Virus record (IMG/VR): IMGVR_UViG_3300026521_000161
Span: 32,001 to 96,000 of that record
DNA: 64,000 nt
Direction: 5' to 3' (one strand)
DNA from: a virus
The notes under the pieces were generated by a model, which saw nothing but the letters and a program-made list of their open reading frames with translations, was not told where the DNA came from and searched no databases. The position numbers and the translations under genes are program-made. Shown here one piece after another: positions 1-8,853 of the stretch (position 1 is the first letter of the stretch; the number at the start of each line of letters is the position of its first letter).

Positions 1-337
1 TAGCTATAAATAAATCATTAGGATTAACAGCTTCATTAAGATCTACAATACCACTACCTGATGATAACTCAGAATCTAACGGTGTCTCCACATTTATAAT
101 AAAATTATCTATCCTGTTATAGCTTTGTAAAGCAGGACTAAGCTCTGGATCATATTCTGTTACATATGTATTCTCGTCTATATTTCTATGGAAATATGTT
201 ACTTCCCATTTATATCCTGCTATATATGCCCTTATCTCCTCATTTGTTCTCTCCGTCTCGAACATAGGAACGATGGACTTATTTTGTTTCTCTTCTACGT
301 TAAGATTAACTTCTTCACTTATACCAAATATAGGCAT
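1..337 (-). CDS. phiKZ-like virion structural (neck-type, gp99-like) protein, 5' part; runs off the window edge
   Basis: Not in the ORF track. ATG at 337 with AAGGAG RBS; open to position 1 (MPIFGISEEV...YIAGYKWEVTYF...QSYNRIDNF...VNPNDLFIA). Position fits the phiKZ gp87-gp99 synteny. Confidence 0.6.
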   Translation of the reverse strand, partial: MPIFGISEEVNLNVEEKQNKSIVPMFETERTNEEIRAYIAGYKWEVTYFHRNIDENTYVTEYDPELSPALQSYNRIDNFIINVETPLDSELSSGSGIVDLNEAVNPNDLFIA

Positions 338-382
338 CGTTATCTCCTTTTTATTAATCAACGTAACACGGAATATTCCGTG

Positions 383-1759
383 TTACGCTAATTTAGTGTT
401 AAGTATTTTTTCGTTAAAACTAGAAACTGGTAGTTTATATAGAGCTATCAAAGTCTCATCCCTCTCTACCTTAGTTTCATCTCTATTAGTAGGAGAGAAA
501 TAATATATAACGCTTCTATCAGTTATAAAGTTTATCACTAAGTGATAACTACTAGTTATTAGTAAAGGCTCCTCTGTTTTTATATTACCATCTTCATCTT
601 TATATAATTTTAGATCTCGTTTGTTATTACCATCATATAACTCTAAATACACTAACGCCATATGGTATTCGAATAACTCACTACTATCACATTCAGACAT
701 ATAGTTTATAAGTGAGTCAGGTATACCTATGTAACGTAAGTCATTTATATTAAATAAAAGATTAGGGTTATCAGGATCTACTTCCAACAATATACTAACA
801 GCACGCATCATATCGGCTCTATCGTATCCTAACGGATAAAAGTTATCGTATGTAGGTATATGGAACATAGCTGCTTCATTATCCTTAAATGATTTATATT
901 TAGATATAACATGTGTTATGTCTAATTTATCCTCAGCATGATCTATTTGTTTAGCTATTGTTTCTCTAGGTAACCATCTATCTGGTATTCTTTTATTATT
1001 AACTATTATAGGGTATTGCACTGTTAGTGAATATGGTTGCTTTATAGAAACCTTATAACTAAAACTAACATCAAAATACGCATCATCTTGTTTCTCTATA
1101 TTAACATCACTAGGAACTTCTTCGAACATACCAAATATATTATTAAATACCCCTCTAAAAACAGGAACACTATAATTGCTACCTCTGTTAATAGTTCTAT
1201 CTAGTTTATATATGGATATAACATCTATATACCCCATAAGATCCATATCTAGCTCTCTAAGAGCTTTTATATCATTTATGAGTGCTAATACATTATTCGG
1301 TATTAAATAGCTATATGGTAAGTTATGGGCCATTGTATAACCACTTATATCGTAATATGCTTGTAGATTACTTATAACCCTTTGTGCTAGTGTTTTAGAC
1401 TGTGTTTTATAAGTAAAGTGGATAGTTAAATCTATACCTTTATAATTAGGCCTTACATTAAATCCGTTAGTTCTATCTAGTAACATTATTTTATTAAGCG
1501 GATGATATGTATTCGTGCCTAACCTCATATTCTCATCCGGAGTTATTTCATATGTATATGATAATACTGGTCCACCTATAGTATTATCATATGTATTATC
1601 AGTAACTTCAACATTCTCTCTATTGTAATTACCTACATCATAACTAAATGCTTCAGGGTCTTTTATAATCTTTCTATTAAGATCATCTCTGATAGTGTTT
1701 ATGATAGGCTGTACAAATGTATGTTCGATACCATCTAAAACACTTACTCTAGTTATCAT
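383..1759 (-). CDS. phiKZ-like virion structural protein (gp98-like by synteny; neck/tail-junction candidate)
   Basis: 458-aa ORF at the end of the head-protein block. Family call is from synteny only. Confidence 0.5.
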   Translation of the reverse strand: MITRVSVLDGIEHTFVQPIINTIRDDLNRKIIKDPEAFSYDVGNYNRENVEVTDNTYDNTIGGPVLSYTYEITPDENMRLGTNTYHPLNKIMLLDRTNGFNVRPNYKGIDLTIHFTYKTQSKTLAQRVISNLQAYYDISGYTMAHNLPYSYLIPNNVLALINDIKALRELDMDLMGYIDVISIYKLDRTINRGSNYSVPVFRGVFNNIFGMFEEVPSDVNIEKQDDAYFDVSFSYKVSIKQPYSLTVQYPIIVNNKRIPDRWLPRETIAKQIDHAEDKLDITHVISKYKSFKDNEAAMFHIPTYDNFYPLGYDRADMMRAVSILLEVDPDNPNLLFNINDLRYIGIPDSLINYMSECDSSELFEYHMALVYLELYDGNNKRDLKLYKDEDGNIKTEEPLLITSSYHLVINFITDRSVIYYFSPTNRDETKVERDETLIALYKLPVSSFNEKILNTKLA

Positions 1760-1762
1760 TGT

Positions 1763-2260
1763 TTATTCCCAATCATAGTTTTTTAAAACTTTAACAACAG
1801 TTAATGTATCCCTATAACCTAAACGTTCCATAAGTAATGCAAACACTTCGTCTATAGGAAGATCATTTTTGATATCAGTTAGCTTGTATTCTACCTTTAA
1901 ATGCGAACCATGGCCATATTCAGTCTTCTCTACTTCTCGATAACTAACGTTCATATGTTTCATCATGTTTACTAAATATGTATAATCTGTATCTAACTCT
2001 GGGTTATTAGAAATGTTTATAACCATATCTACAATTTTATAGACAGCTACATCATCACTCCACTTTAGTTTACCTGATTTTAATAACAATATAAGATCTG
2101 AAAGCTTAGTAATACCATTAGTATTAAAAACATTTGATATTAGCACAACTGCCTCGCATGTCTCTGTAAAAGTCTTACTACCGTCTTTACTACTATATAG
2201 TAAACTATCTAGCTCTTTCTTTTCTGTTTTTTTATTTCCTAAATCTACTTTAAACATCAC
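1763..2260 (-). CDS. Hypothetical protein with MFKVDLG N-terminal leader (probable head protein)
   Basis: 165-aa ORF with AAGGA RBS. Leader is shared with 3903-5606 and 55651-59139. Confidence 0.55.
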   Translation of the reverse strand: MMFKVDLGNKKTEKKELDSLLYSSKDGSKTFTETCEAVVLISNVFNTNGITKLSDLILLLKSGKLKWSDDVAVYKIVDMVINISNNPELDTDYTYLVNMMKHMNVSYREVEKTEYGHGSHLKVEYKLTDIKNDLPIDEVFALLMERLGYRDTLTVVKVLKNYDWE

Positions 2261-2347
2261 TGTTCCTTTATTACTTTAATTCAAGAAAAAAGAAATCAAA
2301 CACCACATGCAGCCTAAGCCACATGCGGAGTAATGTTTGTTAGACGA

Positions 2348-3841
2348 TTAGTCTTTTTTGTATAGTTTTGCAGATTCTACAGCATAGTCATATACTGGAG
2401 AAGTAACCATATCTTTTGCAGTACTAGTCACACCAGCAGCAACAGCTTTAGCAATTTTTGTTTTTGCGTTAATGATTCTACCGATAAGAGATTTAACTTT
2501 ATCAGAGATTGGAGATGCAGATTTATCGATCTCTTTCATAGTGCTTTTAAGAAGTTTTTCCATATCTTTTTTCTCTTTAGAGATTTTTGCACCATAACCT
2601 TTGATAACTTTTGCAGCAGTTTTGTCAAGATCTTTCATATCATTTTTAAGAGTTTCAACTTCAGTAAACTCTAATGGCTCTACATCTTTAAAGTTATCTT
2701 CATACTCAGAAGCTTCTGGAGCAACGATAAACTCTACAACTTTAATACCATTTGCGATTTTGTTAGCAAGTGAAAATGCTTTTGATGGCTTTGCATCAGC
2801 TTCAGATGGAAGTTTCTCAAGATCAGCCATAGCGTCTTTTGCTTCAGTAGTAACACATACAGCAAGACATCTAAGTTTATCAAAAGACATACCAACAGCA
2901 GAAACAACACCACCTTCAACATCACCAACAGCTTGCTCAGCAGCATCTAAGATATCGATATTTTTAAAACCAGCAGCTACTTTAGAAGCGTCGTTATCAA
3001 GTTCTAATTTAGAAGAGTTAACAGGTAAAGTTTTGATCATACCTTTAACCATGTTAGCGATAGTTACAACATCTTCTTTATCATTTCCACCATTCTCAGT
3101 GAACCCTTGAGCATACTTCATCATGTTTTCAATATCAGCCATAGGCATTTGCGCTTGAAGCACTTCATTCTTCATGCTTTCTACTGCTTCCATAAGTGTA
3201 GACTGACTAGAGATAAACTCACCGATTGAACCAGATGATACATCGCCTGTTAATGATAAAAGTTTGAATTTGTTGTTGATTGCTTTTTGAACTGACTCAG
3301 AGAACTCTTGACCATCTAAGTTAGTAGTTTTTGCATCTTTATGTTTTTTAACAAGTTTAACAAGACGCTCATAAGTAGTGTCACCTTTACCAACAAGTGA
3401 AGATAAGAAATGCCCAACTTTACCAACTAGATCTAAAATCCATTTCCAGATTTTCATAGCGATCTCTTTTGTTTTTTCCCATGCTTTTTTAAGCATTTCA
3501 CCGATACCTTCGTTTGCAGCAACGATAGATTCAGTACCTGGAGTAACAACAGCACTTACGATATGCTCTTGACCGATCATAGCAAGGTTTTGACGAAGTG
3601 ATTCATTCGCAACAGCTACACCTGTAGACTCGTCACCTTTTGCAGCGATAGCTTCACCAAGAGCCACACCAGCTTCAATATTTTCACACGCAGTAACTAA
3701 CATATCAAAGTTAGCAGAAGTAACAAGAAGGCTCTCTTCACCAACTTGTACGTCTTGTAGCGCTGCTACTGGATCAATAGCACCGTTTTCGTGCTTTGGC
3801 TTTTCGTTAGCCATAAAGTTTAAATCGTTTCTTCCGAACAT
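2348..3841 (-). CDS. Abundant processed internal head protein (phiKZ gp93-type / inner-body family)
   Basis: Likely start is ATG 3841 (AAGGA RBS). Acidic propeptide has VGEES, VANES, PGTES and AANEG sites, followed by the amphipathic helix 'MLKKAWEKTKEIAMKIWKWILD'. Codon usage looks highly expressed. Confidence 0.7.
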   Translation of the reverse strand: MFGRNDLNFMANEKPKHENGAIDPVAALQDVQVGEESLLVTSANFDMLVTACENIEAGVALGEAIAAKGDESTGVAVANESLRQNLAMIGQEHIVSAVVTPGTESIVAANEGIGEMLKKAWEKTKEIAMKIWKWILDLVGKVGHFLSSLVGKGDTTYERLVKLVKKHKDAKTTNLDGQEFSESVQKAINNKFKLLSLTGDVSSGSIGEFISSQSTLMEAVESMKNEVLQAQMPMADIENMMKYAQGFTENGGNDKEDVVTIANMVKGMIKTLPVNSSKLELDNDASKVAAGFKNIDILDAAEQAVGDVEGGVVSAVGMSFDKLRCLAVCVTTEAKDAMADLEKLPSEADAKPSKAFSLANKIANGIKVVEFIVAPEASEYEDNFKDVEPLEFTEVETLKNDMKDLDKTAAKVIKGYGAKISKEKKDMEKLLKSTMKEIDKSASPISDKVKSLIGRIINAKTKIAKAVAAGVTSTAKDMVTSPVYDYAVESAKLYKKD

Positions 3842-3902
3842 AATATTTTCCTTTAATGTTTTATTTTTACTAGACCTCAATATAGATATTGGTCTTTAGA
3901 TT

Positions 3903-5606
3903 TTATGATCTTAGTAGACCAGCCTCTTGCATACGCCATAACGCATACATATCCATAAGAATATCTAATGTAGAATAGTTAGACTTTTTATAATCAGTCA
4001 TCATACTTTCAAATGGTGTATTGTGTAAACCTATGATAGTATTATTCATATTGTTACTAACACCTAAGAACTCTTTTAATGGATTTAAATAACCTGTTGT
4101 TAATGCTTTAGTAGCACCAACTATATTACTTATAGTAGAAGTTAAGTATTTCTTACTTTCTTCATCTATGATCTCTTTAGGTAACTCTTTACATAACTCT
4201 TTCAATCGTCTAACTTCTCTGGTTATAGAGTTATTGTTCTTCTCTTTTCTATCTAAAGTCTTTTGTGTTAACTTAGCTATCTTAACAACCTTAGTATCTA
4301 TATCCTCATAAAGATCTAGAGCTGATGTTAATATCTTTTCTACACCCATTTCTGTTATATGTAGTTCTTCTACTTTACTATAGAGCTCCTCTAATTCAGG
4401 GGCCTCATTTGTTACTGTATAAGACTCTATAGATAACGTAAAGCATGATAGAACATCATTAACTAATTTACTCATATCTCTTATACCTTCCAACACACTA
4501 ACTGTATCTTCGCTGTTTGAAAAGTTCTTAACATTCTTATCTATAAGATGTATAAGTTCTACCTCAGCACGTTTATTATAAACGCGTTTAAGATAAACCA
4601 TTTTATCCCTACTAACTGATATAAGTGTTCTTTTAACACTATAATCAGATTCATCATAAGATTGGAATTGATCTTTAATTTCGTCTGGTACAGGTATTTC
4701 TTTACCACCAAATTTAATAACTTCTATCTTATAATCATCTTTTGTTAAATCACTAGCAGTATTTATGAATGTCTTAAGCTGTAATCCTAACATATCCATA
4801 TTCTCCATAACATCTTCTGTCATGATATCAAATACTTTACCACGAGATTCTTTACTTAACTCTACAGCTAATCTATATGAATCCACTAGTATGCCAAGAG
4901 ATTTAACTAAATCACTATTCTTACCTTTACCTAAAACAATATTAAATGGATTTAAATTACCATTAAGAACATCGTTAAGTAATCCTCTGTTTATATAGTT
5001 ATAACTATTAGTCATAACCTCTAAATGATTAAACAGATCCACGGCAGTTATCTTATCCTTATCTTCTAAAGGCATATAAAAAAATGTAGGATGTTTACGT
5101 AACCCATAAGCTACTCTTTTCTTCATTTTTTCTAAATATAACTTAACTTCATCACCTTGTCTTTTGTTCGGCATCTTCTTTATATCCTCTATCTCTTTCT
5201 GTATCTCTTTCTTTCTATCTCGGTAGCGTTCTCTTGGAGTATCACCGCCTGAACCACCACCACCTTTTCTCTTTTCTTTAAATAAACCTATGATAAAATC
5301 AAAGATCTTTTTAAATAGTGCAAATATCTTTCTACCCAATTCTTTTAAAAAATCTAATATTTTAGAAAAAGCGGCTGTAAATGTATCCATAACTTTAGAT
5401 ATAAAAGATTCTGTACCAGGTACAAGTTCTATATCGCCAGCATCTATTTTATAGATATCAGTAGCCACGGGAGCTAAACCGCCCTCCCCTTTATTATATT
5501 CCATTTCTAATATACCTATATCTTCATTAGCTATTAATGCCATATTTGATGTAGGTATATCAAGTTTACTTACCTTAGTTTTATAACCAAGATCTATGTT
5601 AACCAT
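3903..5606 (-). CDS. Processed internal head protein, paralog family
   Basis: IANED and PGTES sites, then the amphipathic helix 'FSKILDFLKELGRKIFALFKKIFDFI' and a GGGGSGG linker, as in giant-phage head paralogs. Confidence 0.65.
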   Translation of the reverse strand: MVNIDLGYKTKVSKLDIPTSNMALIANEDIGILEMEYNKGEGGLAPVATDIYKIDAGDIELVPGTESFISKVMDTFTAAFSKILDFLKELGRKIFALFKKIFDFIIGLFKEKRKGGGGSGGDTPRERYRDRKKEIQKEIEDIKKMPNKRQGDEVKLYLEKMKKRVAYGLRKHPTFFYMPLEDKDKITAVDLFNHLEVMTNSYNYINRGLLNDVLNGNLNPFNIVLGKGKNSDLVKSLGILVDSYRLAVELSKESRGKVFDIMTEDVMENMDMLGLQLKTFINTASDLTKDDYKIEVIKFGGKEIPVPDEIKDQFQSYDESDYSVKRTLISVSRDKMVYLKRVYNKRAEVELIHLIDKNVKNFSNSEDTVSVLEGIRDMSKLVNDVLSCFTLSIESYTVTNEAPELEELYSKVEELHITEMGVEKILTSALDLYEDIDTKVVKIAKLTQKTLDRKEKNNNSITREVRRLKELCKELPKEIIDEESKKYLTSTISNIVGATKALTTGYLNPLKEFLGVSNNMNNTIIGLHNTPFESMMTDYKKSNYSTLDILMDMYALWRMQEAGLLRS

Positions 5607-5612
5607 GATGGA

Positions 5613-6539
5613 CTACTTTACTTCTGATAATCTACGGATCTTCATATCTAATTTATTAAGCTTATTCTCGTAATAAGCTATCTGCTGTTTAAGTTTACCA
5701 TCAGTATCTTCCTGTCTAAGCTCTAGGATTCTAAGCTCTAGTAAACTTTTCTCATCTTTTAATCTTTCTAATCTTAAAACTTGGATATCTACTATAAATA
5801 AATGCAGATGATAGATAGGGTTACCTATAAAGTTTTTGGTAACATTAGAATGTTTCTTATGTTCTTTTTTAAAATTAAAATAACCTAACATACGTTTTAA
5901 GAATGTTTGTGTATGAAAATCACTTATCTTAAATGTTTCCTTAAAGAAACCCATGACAACTTCTGTAGGGATCTCTGATGTATCTTCCTCTCTAAGAGTT
6001 TTGATAGTAGGGACATTACCAATAGTATCAACAATCTTCTCTAAATCAGCTTTCTCCATCTCTGGGATGATCTGGATAAGTAAAGTTAATCTTTGTGATA
6101 GATGTCTAGACATCTCTGGTGATAACTCTGTACCTGATTTACTATAGAACTTATTGATCATATTGCTTAGAAGCATAGGTACTTCTTCCGCGAAATACAC
6201 ACCTTCACTTAGTAATGAAAATACAATTCTATTGTTAACATTGTTAGTACCAGATGTGATAGTCTCTGCAATATTTTCCTCTACAGCTTTTTTAAAGTTA
6301 GGTAGGACTTTAGCAAACTTCTCTACAACATTTAATAATCTTTTAAAAAGATCTTTATCGGACTTTAAATTAAGTCTCGAGAATGCTACGTTTTCAGATA
6401 TCTCTTTCTTATCACTAACTTCTTTAATAAGATCGTGTAATGATGGTATAAGTGTAGTATTGATACTTTTATCTATGATACCGATCATGTCTATAATTTC
6501 TTCGTTCTTTAAAACGATTCTACTTAGTCTTCTCTTCAT
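5613..6539 (-). CDS. Virion head protein (phiKZ gp90-like)
   Basis: 308 aa with an 'FIGNPIYH' motif and a C-terminal coiled coil; synteny. Confidence 0.55.
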   Translation of the reverse strand: MKRRLSRIVLKNEEIIDMIGIIDKSINTTLIPSLHDLIKEVSDKKEISENVAFSRLNLKSDKDLFKRLLNVVEKFAKVLPNFKKAVEENIAETITSGTNNVNNRIVFSLLSEGVYFAEEVPMLLSNMINKFYSKSGTELSPEMSRHLSQRLTLLIQIIPEMEKADLEKIVDTIGNVPTIKTLREEDTSEIPTEVVMGFFKETFKISDFHTQTFLKRMLGYFNFKKEHKKHSNVTKNFIGNPIYHLHLFIVDIQVLRLERLKDEKSLLELRILELRQEDTDGKLKQQIAYYENKLNKLDMKIRRLSEVK

Positions 6540-6548
6540 GACTACTCC

Positions 6549-7670
6549 TTAAAATGGTTGCTTGTTCTTAACAAGCTCTTTCATAACGTCTTCTATTTTA
6601 GTTTCTTTCTCTTTCTTAAGCATGTTGAAATTAAGAGATGTGAAACCTGGGATACTATCCATAAATATAACAACTTCTTCTGCTTCTGTATCTACCAATG
6701 TAACAGAGAACGCAGCTAATGTATCAGTTAACTTATTTTTGTATTTTTCTACATAAACAGAACCTCTTAACTCTTTCTCTATAAGAGCTTTGTTAGCTAT
6801 GTCTAAAATATAAATATTAAAGTTTTTATGGAAGCTGTTATGTCCATAGAAAAGATCTTTTATACTTGTTACTTTATCTACCTTGTTAAGATATTTAGAA
6901 AAATCATTATCATTTTTGATTTTCTTCTCTTTATACTTTTTAACTAAGTCAGTAGCGAAGATTAGGTCAGACATAGATATAACCCCAGCTCTATAATCAT
7001 CAAATCTTTCGAAAAAGTGTTTACCGTTATTAGTCTCTACCATGTTAGAGATTAAACTAGCTGAATCTGTATAAATGATATTAGGATACACAACAACGGG
7101 CAGCACGATAACTCTTGTATCGCCACTCTCTGTAGATACTGAAATCTGTACTTCATATGTAGTAACAAACATATTAACATCTTTAGAGATAGCATTGTTA
7201 TTTTTAATATCCACAGATGCGTGTTTACTTTCATTACCAGGTAATGGAAGTGGGCCATCCCCTTCTAAGAGATCCATAATATAATCAAAATTCTCATTAC
7301 CTCTAATAAGTCCTTCTCCATGGATAAGATCTCTATATTGGAATTTACCGTGGTTAGCCATCTTGTTAACAATAACACTTGGCTTGTCCGAATAAACTTC
7401 TGATAAAACTCTGAAAGCTTGTAATAGAATACCTGAAAAAGCTAATAGTTCCGTTTTAATAAGATCTCTAAGTTGCCCTTCGTCCATATATTTTAAATTG
7501 TTGTCAATAACAACGTTAGGCGTGTATGTGAATGATGACATGAGTTTAGTAATTTTACCACTACTTTCTATATCTGGATTAACTTTAAGGAAATTATCAT
7601 TACCTTCAGTAACGTTCTTAATAACGTTACCTATTAACAATAAACCCTTACTTATACCTGCTCCTTGCAT
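6549..7670 (-). CDS. Virion head/inner-body protein (phiKZ gp89-like)
   Basis: 373 aa with RGNEN and PGNES processing sites; transcribed divergently from the gp88/gp87-like pair. Confidence 0.55.
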   Translation of the reverse strand: MQGAGISKGLLLIGNVIKNVTEGNDNFLKVNPDIESSGKITKLMSSFTYTPNVVIDNNLKYMDEGQLRDLIKTELLAFSGILLQAFRVLSEVYSDKPSVIVNKMANHGKFQYRDLIHGEGLIRGNENFDYIMDLLEGDGPLPLPGNESKHASVDIKNNNAISKDVNMFVTTYEVQISVSTESGDTRVIVLPVVVYPNIIYTDSASLISNMVETNNGKHFFERFDDYRAGVISMSDLIFATDLVKKYKEKKIKNDNDFSKYLNKVDKVTSIKDLFYGHNSFHKNFNIYILDIANKALIEKELRGSVYVEKYKNKLTDTLAAFSVTLVDTEAEEVVIFMDSIPGFTSLNFNMLKKEKETKIEDVMKELVKNKQPF

Positions 7671-7764
7671 GTGTGCTCCTTAATTTCTTTTTATTTAATA
7701 TAAAACATCATTGGAATAGTAGTAGGCCCCTGTTCCGTTGAAAAAATAATATAAAGGAGTTGCT

Positions 7765-8853
7765 ATGGCTATTAGTATAAATGACGTATTAGACGGTAGT
7801 GAAGTCAACCGTTTTGATAAAGAAATAAGTAGTACGTTATATGGTTTAAAGTCATCGGGAGAACTACCTGTTTTGGAAAAGAATAATGACGTTAGAGGAT
7901 ACGTGTTCTTCACTAGACCACAGTTTAATCTAACAGATGAGAATATAAGGAATATAAGACAATTCTACCCTTTATTAAGTAAAGATGAATTATCTATACA
8001 AAGGTTCGTTAGGACTACATTAGACCCTAGATTACAGACAGGTGTTGTTGGTCCAGGTTCTGACTTATATAAAGATATAATAAGACCTTGTCCTCTTGTA
8101 GATAAAGGTAATGCTTTTATACCAGTATTAACGAACACTATAACGTCTTTAACTGGTTGGCCTGATTTAGTAACACCTACATACACTACATCAGCCGGTT
8201 TAAGGAAAGAACAAATGACTATGGTGGATGGTACTTTTGAAAAATTCGATTCTTTCGACCTTAGTGCTGTATTTGAAAACTTTAAAGGCGAACCTTTATC
8301 TCTATTATTCCAAGTATGGCTGATGTATCCTCCTTTAGTTTTTGAAGGTATGATGAACCCTTATGTAGATTTTATAGGTAGTAACGAATTCGATTATAAT
8401 ACTAGGGTATATAGATTCATCATGGACTCCACAAATACTTATATTAAAAAAGCGGCTGCTACTGGAGCTAGTTTTTTTAATAGTGCTCCTACTGGTAAAT
8501 TCTTCGATTACGATAGAAGTAAACCAATGAGTGACGCTACTGGTAGTATAAACGTTAATTTAAAATCTGATGGAGCTATGTACTTCGATGATATAGTGTT
8601 AAAAGAGTTTAATATGGTACAAACATATTTTAACCGGGAAATAGAGGATTATCTTAAAGATCCAGAAACTTCCAATATGGTTAAAGTACCTAAACGTTTA
8701 ATGAAAGAGTTAGATGGTAGGATGTATCCTATAGTAGACTTAGAAACATATGAACTAGAATGGGTTATAAGTAAAGATAGTAAAGCTTATAATAAATTAA
8801 TAGAATCTGTAGAGGTTCTAGATGAACTTGATGAAACTGAAGGAGTAGAATAA
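7765..8853 (+). CDS. Virion structural/baseplate protein (phiKZ gp88-like)
   Basis: Motifs 'GYVFFTRPQFNLT', 'LTGWPD' and 'DYNTRVYRF' are typical of this jumbo-phage family; AAGGAG RBS. Confidence 0.65.
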   Translation: MAISINDVLDGSEVNRFDKEISSTLYGLKSSGELPVLEKNNDVRGYVFFTRPQFNLTDENIRNIRQFYPLLSKDELSIQRFVRTTLDPRLQTGVVGPGSDLYKDIIRPCPLVDKGNAFIPVLTNTITSLTGWPDLVTPTYTTSAGLRKEQMTMVDGTFEKFDSFDLSAVFENFKGEPLSLLFQVWLMYPPLVFEGMMNPYVDFIGSNEFDYNTRVYRFIMDSTNTYIKKAAATGASFFNSAPTGKFFDYDRSKPMSDATGSINVNLKSDGAMYFDDIVLKEFNMVQTYFNREIEDYLKDPETSNMVKVPKRLMKELDGRMYPIVDLETYELEWVISKDSKAYNKLIESVEVLDELDETEGVE